Shown here: in pieces, positions 1-10,458 of the stretch
How positions within the stretch are numbered: position 1 is the stretch's first letter
Layout: each line of letters starts with the position of its first letter
Virus record (IMG/VR): IMGVR_UViG_3300048599_000416
Location: 2,890 to 66,889 of that record
Reading direction: 5' to 3' (one strand)
DNA length: 64,000 nt
Source: a virus
Taxonomy: Duplodnaviria; Caudoviricetes
The notes under the pieces: generated by a model
The model's database searches: none
The model's input: the letters and a program-made list of their open reading frames with translations, nothing else
What the model was told of the DNA's origin: nothing
Program-made: the position numbers and the translations under genes

Positions 1-684
1 AAGATTCCGATAGAGGTATTTCATGTAGCTTGCCCAACCATGATCTTTAAATTTTGAATTGCATACATGGCTTAGCAGACTTTTGATTTGCTCGTCAGTA
101 AAATAATTTGGTAATTCTCTTAACATACTATTCCGTTCATCACTATTGTATGGTAAACCGTCCATTAGCGTATCGAATTCATCAATAAGTTGAGTGACCG
201 TTTTGTTATCATCCTTTGTTATGACAGGCACGCTTTGACTTGTTGAATCTTCTTCGGGTTCGTTGCAAGGCTCAATTGGCTTCTCCTCTGGTTTTGAAAT
301 CTCTTCTATGTTTTGCTCAGGCAAAGAAATTATCTGCTTGTCTTTAGTTCTTAGTTTGAAAATCTCATCATTACTCATCTGGTCATATTTCATGATTTGG
401 TCAAAGTTGATCGAGTAGCGATTCCTTTTTCTTGTTGCTTGCCCTGATTCTTTGTGTATTAGGTTTAGTATTACAAGCTGGTTGATAGCTTTCTGGGCTG
501 TTTTGTCTGTAACGGACAGATTTTTGCAAATGTAGCTGATCGACATCTCAAAAGCCTCATCTTTATTCATTTGCTGGTAGTCTATCATTGTGCCCAAGAG
601 GGCACGCTCAGTTCCTGCCAGTAGTAAGCTTGATTTCTTTGGTAGCTTTATGAATGCGTAATTTTTTTCATTGGTTGATTCCAT
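1..684 (-). CDS. Partial hypothetical protein with a winged-HTH-like N-terminus (runs off the window edge)
   Basis: Manual translation from ATG at 684 gives 228 open codons to base 1 (MESTNEKNYAFIKLPKK...ISYICKNLSVTDKTAQKAINQLVILNLI). It is absent from the ORF track, presumably because no stop codon lies in the window. Confidence 0.6.
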   Translation of the reverse strand, partial: MESTNEKNYAFIKLPKKSSLLLAGTERALLGTMIDYQQMNKDEAFEMSISYICKNLSVTDKTAQKAINQLVILNLIHKESGQATRKRNRYSINFDQIMKYDQMSNDEIFKLRTKDKQIISLPEQNIEEISKPEEKPIEPCNEPEEDSTSQSVPVITKDDNKTVTQLIDEFDTLMDGLPYNSDERNSMLRELPNYFTDEQIKSLLSHVCNSKFKDHGWASYMKYLYRNL

Positions 685-1201
685 TTTGCGGTTATATTAT
701 CCTATTATTTAAGTGGTTATTAATATGATGACTGCACTGGAGCCTAACCACAAAACTCCAGCGCAACTTCAATTATATACATATATTTACAAATATGTAT
801 TCTAAAAGTTATATTGTATTTACAATTACTACAAATGTACTAATATAAATTAATAAAAACAATAATTGTTGAAATTAAAAGTGTGCTGTTTGAGGGATTT
901 GTGTTACTATAGTAAATATTCGTTATTTGGTAATATTCATTGAAATAATTACTTATGGTGTTAAGTAGATATTCCTTTAGTACTGCAGTATAAAATACTA
1001 ACAAATAATAATTATATAATAAATAATATATTAATAAAACATATATAGTAATGACTATATAATTGTTATTTGATAATGTGGTTTTATGTTTATATTACGG
1101 ACGCTTTGTAAGCGTCTGCATAAAGTAATGATTTGGATAACAGGTGAGGGGAGTACGGTGATTGTTCAATGAGAGGGTGACTTAGATTTGCCTCTGCCAT
1201 T

Positions 1202-4054
1202 CTAATTTTTACCAACCCCATTAATGAAAGTATCAACAAAGCCTTTGATTTTCTCCAGAATACGACTTCCTGTCCGTCTTCTCTCAAGCAAAGTGGGTTT
1301 TTCTCCGTTTCTCAACTCAAGTAATTCATCTAAGAGCGGCTCCCGTTCTGAGAAAAGGTAATCTGCTATAACTTTCTCAACTCTTTCAACTGCGAGGTTC
1401 TCTTCCTGACAGATTTTCTTGAAGGCTTCCAATTGCTCCTTGTTCCAGAACTTCTCAAACTCATCTGGGATGTCGTCGGTATCTTCAATGGCTGGTAGGT
1501 TTTCCTGAATGAACTTCTCAATCAGTTCCCGTTTGCTTCTCAGGTGAACTTCTCCAGCGATTATGTCAATGATTTCTTTGCGTCTCCGCTCCTTGTCTTT
1601 CTCATTGCTTTCGTGGAGTTTGGCGAGTAGTCTAAGAATGTATGCTACGTTTATTTCATCCCTACGGATAAGTTCCAACTCAAAATCAACTTCGTCAAGT
1701 ATGGATACCTTTTCTTTCTGTGTATTAGGCTTAACCTTTTCGTATAGGTCAAGGTATTTGCTCTTGTAGTCGTTGAAGAGCTGTTCATTCATGGCCAGAC
1801 TATCAAAGTCGAAGTCGGCAAATGTACTGAGGATGTTTTTGATCCTCATCAATTCCCTGAAAGCCTTAATGTACGCCAGCTCCTCCTCTTCGTCCTTCAA
1901 TTCCGAAACGCTTTCAACGGTCGGGGTGATTTTTAGTAGTTCAATAAAAGCCTGTGTGAATTTCTTGACATACTCTTCGTAGGGTTGCATGATGATTATG
2001 TCCTTGGCTTCCTTATTGCTAAATAAGGCAATAGCATCATCGGTGGCCTGTTTCAGGTTGCGGAACACAACAATGTTTCCCTGGCTTTTTTGCTCGTTTA
2101 GGATGCGATTGGTACGGGAGTAGGCTTGGATTAGTCCGTGATACTTCAGGTTCTTATCAACGTAAAGCGTATTGAGGGTCTTGCTGTCAAAGCCTGTAAG
2201 GAACATATTTACGACCAGCAAAATATCAATCTGGCGTTCCTTTACCTTCTTACTGATGTCGTTGTAGTAGTTGTAGAACGATTCACTGTCTTTTGTCGAA
2301 AAGTTCGTTCCGTACATCCCATTATAATCACCGATGAATTCATCCAGTTTTTCCCGACTATGAACATTCAGTCCATACAAAGCACGAGGTTCTTCCACTA
2401 CCGAGAGCTCCTCTGGTAAGAATCCCGTAGCGTCTTTGTCGTCTTCATTCGAGGCATAACTAAAAATGGTCGCCACACGCAAATTGTGGCTTCCTGAGGC
2501 TTTCTTTTGCTTGAATAGCTCGTAGTACTTGATGAGTGTTTCGACGCTGGATACGCAAAACATAGAGGTATATTCGCCACTGTACGTTTTACGATGGTGG
2601 TTGGTGATGATGAAGTCAACAATCTTATTCAACCGCTTAGGCGACTCCATTAGCTCTTTGGTGTCAATATCCTCTACTTCTATGTCGATGTCGGTTGCAC
2701 TGTCTTTTTTCTTATACCTTCCGACATACTCTACGGCGAATTTTAGAACATTTTCGTCACGGATAGCATCGGTTATTACATACTTGTGCAGACACTCACC
2801 AAAGAGCTCTTTGGTGGTGCGTTTTCCTAATTCGTTTTTAACAGCATTCTCGGCAAAGATAGGTGTTCCCGTAAAGCCGAACATCTGAATATTCTGGAAG
2901 TAGGCTTTGATTCTGGAATGGGTTTCGCCAAACTGGCTGCGGTGGCATTCGTCGAAGATGAAGACAATTCTTTCCTCTTTCAGCTTGTTCATCTTGGCTT
3001 GATGATACTTTTTGCTGATGGCGGTATTTAGCTTCTGAATCGTTGTAACGATCAGTTTCGTGTCATCCGAAAACTGTTTGACGAGGGAGTTAGTATTATC
3101 CGTCCCGTCAATGCTTCCCTTGCTGAAGCTGTTGAATTCTTTGGTAGTTTGATAATCGAGATCCTTTCGATCAACCACAAATACTACCTTCTTCACCTGA
3201 GGCATGTTCGTTAAGATCTGAGCAGCCTTGAATGAGGTGAGGGTTTTACCGCTGCCTGTGGTGTGCCAGACATATCCGTTTTTGGTTGTGTTTCGTACCC
3301 GTTCTACCAATGCTTCTACAGCATAATATTGATACGGACGAAGTACCATAGGTATTTTGTTGGCTTCATTCAAGACGATATACTTACAAATCATCTTGCT
3401 TACATGGCAAGTATCCAGAAAGGTGAAGGCGAATTTTTCCAGTTGAGTGATGGGCTTATTCTGTTCGTCTGTCCAATAGAAAGTCTGTTTGAAGCTCTGG
3501 TTTTTATTGTTGGCGTAGTATTTGGTATTGACTCCGTTACTGATGATAAAAATTTGAATATATTGGAATAACCCAATTGAAGACCCGTATGAGTGACGTT
3601 GATAGCGGTTGATCTGGTTGAATGCTTCTTTCAGCTCGATGCCCCGCCTCTTTAATTCGATTTGTACCAAAGGCAAGCCGTTGATGAGTATAGTGACATC
3701 GTAACGGTTTTTGTAGGTGCCTTCCATTGCTACCTGATGTGTTACCTGAAAGCGGTTTTGGCACCAGTTGTCGATGCTGATGAATTCAAAATAGAGACTC
3801 TCTCCATTGTCTCGAACAATATGCTGCTTTTCCCGTAGCGTCTTAGCTTTATCGAAAACAGATCCCTTACTAAGAATATTCAATATGCGGTCAAATTCCT
3901 TTTCCGAGAGTTGGATGTTGTTGTGTCTCTCTAATTGACTTTTGAGGTTTGTCAAAAGTTCTTGTTCGTTGGAGACGGACACCAAACCATAGCCTAAAAG
4001 TTGCAATTGGGCTATGAGTGAATTTTCGAGAATTTGTTCGGGTTGACTGGTCAT
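1202..4054 (-). CDS. hsdR: Type I restriction enzyme R subunit (EcoR124I-like)
   Basis: Nuclease motif YDV...VQIELK, Walker A GSGKT, DECH box, QAYSRTNR helicase motif; adjacent to hsdS and hsdM. Confidence 0.97.
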   Translation of the reverse strand: MTSQPEQILENSLIAQLQLLGYGLVSVSNEQELLTNLKSQLERHNNIQLSEKEFDRILNILSKGSVFDKAKTLREKQHIVRDNGESLYFEFISIDNWCQNRFQVTHQVAMEGTYKNRYDVTILINGLPLVQIELKRRGIELKEAFNQINRYQRHSYGSSIGLFQYIQIFIISNGVNTKYYANNKNQSFKQTFYWTDEQNKPITQLEKFAFTFLDTCHVSKMICKYIVLNEANKIPMVLRPYQYYAVEALVERVRNTTKNGYVWHTTGSGKTLTSFKAAQILTNMPQVKKVVFVVDRKDLDYQTTKEFNSFSKGSIDGTDNTNSLVKQFSDDTKLIVTTIQKLNTAISKKYHQAKMNKLKEERIVFIFDECHRSQFGETHSRIKAYFQNIQMFGFTGTPIFAENAVKNELGKRTTKELFGECLHKYVITDAIRDENVLKFAVEYVGRYKKKDSATDIDIEVEDIDTKELMESPKRLNKIVDFIITNHHRKTYSGEYTSMFCVSSVETLIKYYELFKQKKASGSHNLRVATIFSYASNEDDKDATGFLPEELSVVEEPRALYGLNVHSREKLDEFIGDYNGMYGTNFSTKDSESFYNYYNDISKKVKERQIDILLVVNMFLTGFDSKTLNTLYVDKNLKYHGLIQAYSRTNRILNEQKSQGNIVVFRNLKQATDDAIALFSNKEAKDIIIMQPYEEYVKKFTQAFIELLKITPTVESVSELKDEEEELAYIKAFRELMRIKNILSTFADFDFDSLAMNEQLFNDYKSKYLDLYEKVKPNTQKEKVSILDEVDFELELIRRDEINVAYILRLLAKLHESNEKDKERRRKEIIDIIAGEVHLRSKRELIEKFIQENLPAIEDTDDIPDEFEKFWNKEQLEAFKKICQEENLAVERVEKVIADYLFSEREPLLDELLELRNGEKPTLLERRRTGSRILEKIKGFVDTFINGVGKN

Positions 4055-4117
4055 CTCTATATTGAATATTAGTTTGTTTTAGTAAAAATGACTCGCCGGT
4101 TTCACCGGCGTTTTTTC

Positions 4118-5332
4118 TCACACAAACATTTGTTGTAATAATCCCTTTTTCCATCGTTCCATGCTTTCTTTCTGCTGTCCGCAATGGCTGATTTTTTCAT
4201 CAATGGCTGATAGAAAATTGGCGATTTTGATTTGTTCGGGAAGAGAAGGATAAGGTAACTGAGTTTCGCTGAAATATTTATAACTAATCATTTTTCCATC
4301 CCTTATTCCTTCCAGTTTGAGGTTCAGCTGCTTTATGTAACTTGTTGTCTTGAGGAAGTACTTATAAAATCGTCTATCAATTTTAGCTTTTGGTCTAAGA
4401 ATAATATATGCTGGGCTACATATTCCTTTGTATTCTGAATATTCAATGCCACCTTGAAAAGAACGAAGGCTGATGATAAAATCACCAATTTGAACAACTT
4501 TATAACTTTCGACACTTTTATCTGTTACTGTGATATTATAGTCGATTAAATCTCTTGGAATTGCACCTTTATCCTGAGTAATTGCAAGTATTGGTAAATC
4601 TGAATTGTGATTTTTATCCGAAATATTTTCAAACAATTCATTTCCATTCTTTTCTTTCCACTCTGGAAAATCCTCTCCATTCTCATCTTTAAACCGAAGT
4701 TGCTGGCTGAAGATTTGCTGCATCACCCCTTTTTTGTGTTGTTCTAGCAGTTCCTTTTTCTTTTTCAATTGGTTGATCCTGTCATCTACAGCTGTCAGGA
4801 AATTGGCGATTTTGGTTTGTTCGGGAAGGGAGGGATATTGAATTTTAAGTTGATTTAAGTCACGACTATAAATAGCAGCAACACTTGTAGTTCCAGTTGC
4901 AAAACTTCTAAGTTGAAGTATTGTTTTTTTTGTATTGAAGAAATAATTCATATAACGGTTGGTGTTGTCTATACGATTATTAAACTTCAATCTTAAAAGA
5001 TTTGAGTTATATAAAGCAAAAGGCAACTCATTTCTCCAAATGGCAACTTTTCCGACCAAATCTAAAGTGTTACGGGTATTAAAGAGCAAATCTCCTTCTA
5101 ACAATACATCTTCAGGATTATATGTTTGGTCATCTGGCAATGATTGAATTTTATCAAGGACAATATTACCTCTACCGATATTCCCCATTTTTATAACAGG
5201 TATTCCTTTATTAGATTCAGAATTATCATAATTTCCACCCAATCTGCCTTCAACTAAAAGCATACTAAGCTTATCACATCTCCATTCCCCCTCAAACTCA
5301 GGAAACCGCAATTTTGGTACGTTATTTTCCAT
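4118..5332 (-). CDS. hsdS: Type I R-M specificity subunit
   Basis: N-terminal VPKLRFPEF, two TRDs, repeated conserved PSLPEQxKIANFL segments, C-terminal KKGLLQQMF. Confidence 0.97.
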   Translation of the reverse strand: MENNVPKLRFPEFEGEWRCDKLSMLLVEGRLGGNYDNSESNKGIPVIKMGNIGRGNIVLDKIQSLPDDQTYNPEDVLLEGDLLFNTRNTLDLVGKVAIWRNELPFALYNSNLLRLKFNNRIDNTNRYMNYFFNTKKTILQLRSFATGTTSVAAIYSRDLNQLKIQYPSLPEQTKIANFLTAVDDRINQLKKKKELLEQHKKGVMQQIFSQQLRFKDENGEDFPEWKEKNGNELFENISDKNHNSDLPILAITQDKGAIPRDLIDYNITVTDKSVESYKVVQIGDFIISLRSFQGGIEYSEYKGICSPAYIILRPKAKIDRRFYKYFLKTTSYIKQLNLKLEGIRDGKMISYKYFSETQLPYPSLPEQIKIANFLSAIDEKISHCGQQKESMERWKKGLLQQMFV

Positions 5333-5335
5333 AAT

Positions 5336-6904
5336 TTAAAACGGGGTTTTAATATCGAGCTCGGCACAAAATCCTGCAATCAGTTTATCGGTTTCGGTCA
5401 TGGATTTTTCCAGCTCCGTCAGTTCGTTTGCCACAGCGTCAATATCAATCTGGTCTTCTGCTTCAAATGTGTCCACATAACGGGGTATATTCAGGTTGTA
5501 GTCGTTTTCGGCTATTTCCTTTAATGTTGCTCGTTTGCTGAATTTCTCTGTTTCGGTACGTTCGCGGTAGGCAGTCACAATACGGTCAATGTCTTCTTCC
5601 CGCAATACGTTTTGGGTTTTTACCTTTTCGTAATACTGACTGGCATCTATAAAGAGAATATCTGCGGGGTTTTCACGGCATTTCTTGAATACTAATATAC
5701 AGGTAGGTATGCTTGTCCCGTAAAAGATATTGGCAGGTAGTCCAATCACTGCATCCAGATAGTTTCGGTCTTCAATAAGGTACTGGCGTATCTGAAGTTC
5801 TGCCCCACCTCTGAACAGTGCCCCGTGGGGCAATACTACAGCCATAGTTCCGTTGTCGGCCAGTTGGTAAATCATGTGTTGCACAAAGGCAAAGTCGGCT
5901 TTGCTGCTTGGTGCCAGTTTTCCGTACTGGCTAAAACGGTCATCGGTAGTAAATAGTGGATTTGCACTCCAGTTGGCAGAAAATGGAGGATTTGCCACCA
6001 CTGCTTCAAATCGGTGTTCGAGGTGTTGTGGATGTTCCAGAGTATCTTCCTGTCGGAGGTCAAATTGTCGGTAATGTACCCCGTGCAGTATCATATTCAT
6101 TCGGGCAAGGTTGTAGGTGGTACGGTTCATTTCTTGCCCGTAAAAATCACTCACCTCTGTTTCCTTCGCTAATCGTAATAATAAGGAAGCAGAGCCACAG
6201 GTAGGGTCATAAGCCGACTTGAGTTTGGTTTTGCCCGTTGTTACGATCTTGGCCAGAATCTTGCTCACTTGTTGAGGCGTGTAAAATTCGCCCGCTTTCT
6301 TGCCCGCACCGCTGGCGAACATCCCGATCAGGTATTCGTAGGCATCGCCCAATACGTCCGAATCCGTTTCGTGAAGCTTGAAGTCAATCTGGTCGAGGTG
6401 GTACAGTACTTTGGCTATCAACTCATTCTTGGCTGATTCAGTTCGCCCCAGTTTAGTACTGGTCAGGTCGAGGTCTTCAAACAGGTTGTCAAAATCATCC
6501 TCACTGGCTGTCCCCATTGTACTTTGCTCAATGTTTGTCAGAATCTTATGCAGGTCTTCCAGAATAAAGTTATCTTCGCCTTCTTTGTCGCTGTTCCCCC
6601 GCTTTGCTATTTCGCTGAATAGTTCTGATGGTTTCAGGAAGTAACCGAGTTTTTCCAAGGCTTCTTCTTTGATGACTTCCAGATATTCCCTGCCTGCTTC
6701 ACTGGATTCATCAATGTCAAGGTATTTAATTTTGTCTTGAGTTAAGATGAAATCTGCATAGGAGTGCATCTTTTCTGATAGGTATTTGTAAAAAATGAAT
6801 CCCAGTATATAGTCCCGAAATTCATCCGCATTCATCTTTCCCCGTAATGTATTTGCAATGTTCCAAAGTTGCTGTTCGAGTTGTCTTTTTTGATCTTCTG
6901 ACAT
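5336..6904 (-). CDS. hsdM: Type I R-M N6-adenine methyltransferase subunit
   Basis: GEFYTP, YDPTCGS motif I, ANPPF motif IV, YNLNIPRYV C-terminus. Confidence 0.97.
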   Translation of the reverse strand: MSEDQKRQLEQQLWNIANTLRGKMNADEFRDYILGFIFYKYLSEKMHSYADFILTQDKIKYLDIDESSEAGREYLEVIKEEALEKLGYFLKPSELFSEIAKRGNSDKEGEDNFILEDLHKILTNIEQSTMGTASEDDFDNLFEDLDLTSTKLGRTESAKNELIAKVLYHLDQIDFKLHETDSDVLGDAYEYLIGMFASGAGKKAGEFYTPQQVSKILAKIVTTGKTKLKSAYDPTCGSASLLLRLAKETEVSDFYGQEMNRTTYNLARMNMILHGVHYRQFDLRQEDTLEHPQHLEHRFEAVVANPPFSANWSANPLFTTDDRFSQYGKLAPSSKADFAFVQHMIYQLADNGTMAVVLPHGALFRGGAELQIRQYLIEDRNYLDAVIGLPANIFYGTSIPTCILVFKKCRENPADILFIDASQYYEKVKTQNVLREEDIDRIVTAYRERTETEKFSKRATLKEIAENDYNLNIPRYVDTFEAEDQIDIDAVANELTELEKSMTETDKLIAGFCAELDIKTPF

Positions 6905-7122
6905 CGTTATATGATATTACTATAGTATTTTTTACAAAAGTAAGAATTTAAATTTGGAATAGGGATCAGTATAAATGTGATTTGTTGGAATGTGTTCAAA
7001 TGGAAGGTGTGTTCAAATAAATCTATGAGGAGTAGAGAATACTATAGTAAAATATATTCATTTATATCTTTGATTTATTTGGATACATGGTAATTTATAC
7101 TTATCTTTGATTTATAAATCAA

Positions 7123-7761
7123 TTGATTATGAAAACATCAGTAATTTTTGCTAGAGTAAGTAGTACTAATGACCGTCAATCAACGGACAGGCAAGTTTCC
7201 GATTTAATGAAGTATGCTGAAAAAAGTGAATTTCAAGTAGTTAAATCTTTTGAAGAAAAAATATCTGGCGCCAAAAAGAACGAAGAAAGAGAAGTCTTAC
7301 AGGAGTGCATTAGTTATTGTATAGAAAATCAGATAGATAGTCTTTTGTGTTCCGAATTATCCCGTATCGGAAGAAACACCTTGCAGGTCTTGAAGACTTT
7401 AGATGTTTTACATACACATAAAGTCAATGTTTATGTACAGAATTTGGGGTTGAATACATTGACTGACACAAAAGAGGTAAATCCAATAGCATCCATTCTA
7501 ACTACGGTAATGTCTGAGCTTTACGCAATCGAAAGAAGCAATATCCAGTATCGGCTAAATTCGGGTCGTGAGAATTACATTGCCAAAGGAGGCAGACTCG
7601 GTCGAAATGTGGGGAGCCTGAAAAGTCAGGAGGCAAAAAAGGCCGAGTATAAAAAAGCTCTAACGCTTCTCAAGCAAGGCAATTCTGTTCGTAATACGGC
7701 GAAACTGGCAGAAATTGGAGTGAGTACGGTTCAAAGACTAAAAAAGGAATTTGCTTTGTAA
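7123..7761 (+). CDS. Serine recombinase (resolvase/invertase family) with C-terminal HTH
   Basis: Catalytic ARVSS, SELSRIGRN, GGRLGR and terminal HTH (SVRNTAKLAEIGVSTVQRLK). Confidence 0.92.
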   Translation: MIMKTSVIFARVSSTNDRQSTDRQVSDLMKYAEKSEFQVVKSFEEKISGAKKNEEREVLQECISYCIENQIDSLLCSELSRIGRNTLQVLKTLDVLHTHKVNVYVQNLGLNTLTDTKEVNPIASILTTVMSELYAIERSNIQYRLNSGRENYIAKGGRLGRNVGSLKSQEAKKAEYKKALTLLKQGNSVRNTAKLAEIGVSTVQRLKKEFAL

Positions 7762-8217
7762 GCCAAAATAAAAACCGACGTTTCATTCGGCTGTCCGTTA
7801 TTTCTCTAATTTTTATGAAGTAATGGGCATTTATATTTATATAAATATCTATAATATAGCACTATGTGTAAAATGGTCAGTTTTCTTTGTTCTATTCCTG
7901 AACGTGTCAAAATTTTCAAAAAAATTTTTTTTTGAAGACGGTTTGGGGAGAAAGTGATTTTTTTGGGGAATTTTTTTCTCACAAGTGACCGTTGGGGCAA
8001 TACAGACAGACGGTAGGACGGGGTGATATAGGGGAGTACCCCGTAAGGGAGGGGTGACGATAAAACACAGACATTCAAATAGATACAATTTATCAATAAT
8101 TTGAATATTTGTCAAAAACGTCGCTAAAACCGATTCAAAACATGGGAAAAAGTATGATAAAAGTATGATAATTAAAAAAGCACCTACAATTTTTATCTTG
8201 TAAGTGCTTGATTTTGA

Positions 8218-8266
8218 GTGGGCCCAACAGGGCTTGAACCTGTGACCCCCTGATTATGAGTCAGGT
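8218..8266. repeat. attL: 49-bp duplication of the tRNA 3' part
   Basis: gtgggcccaacagggcttgaacctgtgaccccctgattatgagtcaggt is identical to 63878-63926. Confidence 0.95.
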
Positions 8267-8322
8267 TATAAAAACAATGTGTATTGATAATCAGTTATTT
8301 AAGAATGTGATATTTTACATTT

Positions 8323-8667
8323 TCAATGGTCATTTTCAATATTTTCGGACTGTTTATTGAAAAAGTATTGAAAAAATTCGAGCTGTTTATTTTGCTGTTC
8401 TATAAGTACGGACAAGTATTTATTTTGTGTTTCCAGGACTTGTACAATTGAAATGTTTTCGTCGGTTGTCTTCAGTTTTTCTTCGAAAAGGGATCCGGGT
8501 GTGACGTGATAGAATTCGGCAAATTTGATAATAACGTCTGAAGGAATTGGTGTGGATCCGCTCAGGTATTTGTATAGAGTTGTGCGGTTGATGCCGAGAA
8601 AGCTGCAAATTTCCGGTTGCTTAGTGTTATTAGAATGAATAAGATATTTCATGTTGTCGTTCAGCAT
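8323..8667 (-). CDS. XRE-family HTH transcriptional regulator
   Basis: QPEICSFLGINRTTLYKYLSGSTPIPSDVIIKFAEFYHV fits an XRE HTH. Confidence 0.8.
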   Translation of the reverse strand: MLNDNMKYLIHSNNTKQPEICSFLGINRTTLYKYLSGSTPIPSDVIIKFAEFYHVTPGSLFEEKLKTTDENISIVQVLETQNKYLSVLIEQQNKQLEFFQYFFNKQSENIENDH

Positions 8668-8749
8668 GAGTATATATTTTTATATTTGATGTTTATTATA
8701 TACCTTTGATTATTATAATAATCAAATGATTAATTAAAGCAACATCACT

Positions 8750-8935
8750 ATGGAAGATTACAGCAACAAATGGTATGTTAGAGAGGATTTTCGCCCTGAA
8801 CCATTCTATAAAAACTGGGATCCTGAATTTTGCAAACAGATGCAACAGATCGGTAATTGCTTTGATACACGGGAAGAAGCGATGAGCATGAGTAATAAGA
8901 TAAGAGAATTATTCGGTGCTCCATCTATTTTTTAA
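8750..8935 (+). CDS. Small hypothetical protein
   Basis: 61-aa ORF preceded by an AT-rich Bacteroidetes-like leader. Confidence 0.45.
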   Translation: MEDYSNKWYVREDFRPEPFYKNWDPEFCKQMQQIGNCFDTREEAMSMSNKIRELFGAPSIF

Positions 8936-9184
8936 TTTGATATAAATATCTCTCATGTACCGGTATCTATCCATGTAGCTTGATACCATCCTGTCTTCAA
9001 AAATTTTCTTCCGGGATTGATTAATATATTCAATCTCCAATTCTTCATTGTTGTCCAATAAGGCAATAACCAGATCTGTGAATCTGTCCAGATCGGATGG
9101 ATGAAAACTTTCCGGAAAATTTGAAATCCACATGCTAAACTTCAAATTGCATTCTTCGTTATTGAAATAATTTACAATATCCAT
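8909..9184 (-). CDS. Hypothetical protein
   Basis: 91-aa ORF at the end of the leftward repressor operon. Confidence 0.55.
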   Translation of the reverse strand: MDIVNYFNNEECNLKFSMWISNFPESFHPSDLDRFTDLVIALLDNNEELEIEYINQSRKKIFEDRMVSSYMDRYRYMRDIYIKLKNRWSTE

Positions 9185-9272
9185 ATTGTAGTGTGTTGTA
9201 TATAATGATTAATAGTTTCATGCTTGGTACCGTTCGAATACATCAGGTATTTCATGTTATCGTGCAGCATGA

Positions 9273-9725
9273 TTACTTGTTATTCAGTATTACACGCCAG
9301 GCTGATTTTCCGTCTTTTTTTAATAATAGAAGACAGGAAATGGAAATAACGAGCGTGAAATTGGAGATAATTTGTTTCTCGATATTATTGAATATAAAAC
9401 TATTATTCATATTCATTATTACATAAACTATTAGATCCTTCAAAAATATCCACACAAAAGTGATCCACACAAAAATGGATTTTTTATAGGCTAATATAGA
9501 AAAAAGACAACCTGCATAAATGATAGCCATTAATGGATACAGATAAATTGGCAAGGAGCCATAATAAACAGACAGCGCATTGCCGGTGTTTGTATTGAGT
9601 GCTAATGACAGGATGGATCCTATTATGAATATAACTTTTATTATGGGGTTAAATTCAGTGTTGTTTTGAGTGTTGTTCATGTATTTTGATTTTAGAGGAA
9701 TAAATTTTATCCATCCATTTGGCAA
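9273..9725 (-). CDS. Multi-pass membrane protein (lysogeny-region accessory)
   Basis: About four hydrophobic segments, AT-rich, co-oriented with the repressor; true start may be the internal MNNTQ. Confidence 0.6.
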   Translation of the reverse strand: MPNGWIKFIPLKSKYMNNTQNNTEFNPIIKVIFIIGSILSLALNTNTGNALSVYYGSLPIYLYPLMAIIYAGCLFSILAYKKSIFVWITFVWIFLKDLIVYVIMNMNNSFIFNNIEKQIISNFTLVISISCLLLLKKDGKSAWRVILNNK

Positions 9726-9951
9726 ATCTTTCTACAAGATATATGCCTCCGTATGTGATGACAAAGAATAATGTTATCATGACAATCCCATCCAGTTTAT
9801 TTGAACTATTTGAATAATAAGATGTGTCAAAAATGGGGACTCCTAATTTTTTGGATGCATAATCGAGTAATAAATACCAAACAATGACAGAAACTATCAG
9901 AATAATAAATATAAACACTTTATAAATGAGATTATATAATTTGGTTTTCAT
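9655..9951 (-). CDS. Two-TM membrane protein
   Basis: Two hydrophobic segments, directly downstream of the repressor. Confidence 0.6.
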   Translation of the reverse strand: MKTKLYNLIYKVFIFIILIVSVIVWYLLLDYASKKLGVPIFDTSYYSNSSNKLDGIVMITLFFVITYGGIYLVERFAKWMDKIYSSKIKIHEQHSKQH

Positions 9952-10014
9952 ATAGAAAGTATCATTATTTTAGTTGAACTTAAATGCTATTTATTTCCAT
10001 CATTATTTTTGCGA

Positions 10015-10377
10015 TCAGGCATCTTTTACATGTAGCGGGTTCTTCTTTACCAGTAGCTCTTCCTGCAATTCTATTATTCTACTTTTAAGTTTCGAAATTT
10101 CTTCCTGTTGTTGTCTGTTTATGGCAAGAAGTTCCATTTGTGATGGGATTTTATAATTAATTGTTGTATTTTCTTCTACGATTGGTGATTGATCTTGTAA
10201 TGCAGACATTCTTCCTTCTTCGTATTGTTGCATAAGTAATTCTGCACTTTTGCTAATACGATTTACCCCTTGTTCCCATTTCTTTACGGTTTCGATGCCA
10301 ACTCCTACTATCAAAGCCAGTTTGGATTGAGTTAATTTATTTTTTTCTCTAAATATTTTAATTTCTAAAGCATTCAT
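10015..10377 (-). CDS. cI-like XRE HTH prophage repressor
   Basis: KLTQSKLALIVGVGIETVKKWEQG HTH; divergent from the early rightward operon. Confidence 0.8.
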   Translation of the reverse strand: MNALEIKIFREKNKLTQSKLALIVGVGIETVKKWEQGVNRISKSAELLMQQYEEGRMSALQDQSPIVEENTTINYKIPSQMELLAINRQQQEEISKLKSRIIELQEELLVKKNPLHVKDA

Positions 10378-10458
10378 AATTACTTTGTTATGTATGCGTT
10401 AATTATTATTAACGCATATTATACTCTAATGTGTATTGCAAGGTGGTATATAATACCC

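Noticed and set aside
4055-7761. hsdS shufflon or prrC associated with the Type I system
   Set aside because: There is a single hsdS, no silent TRD copies or flanking inverted repeats were seen, and only 63 bp separate hsdS and hsdR.
8218-8266. Second functional tRNA gene
   Set aside because: Only the 3' part up to the anticodon arm is present; the D arm and 5' acceptor strand are missing.
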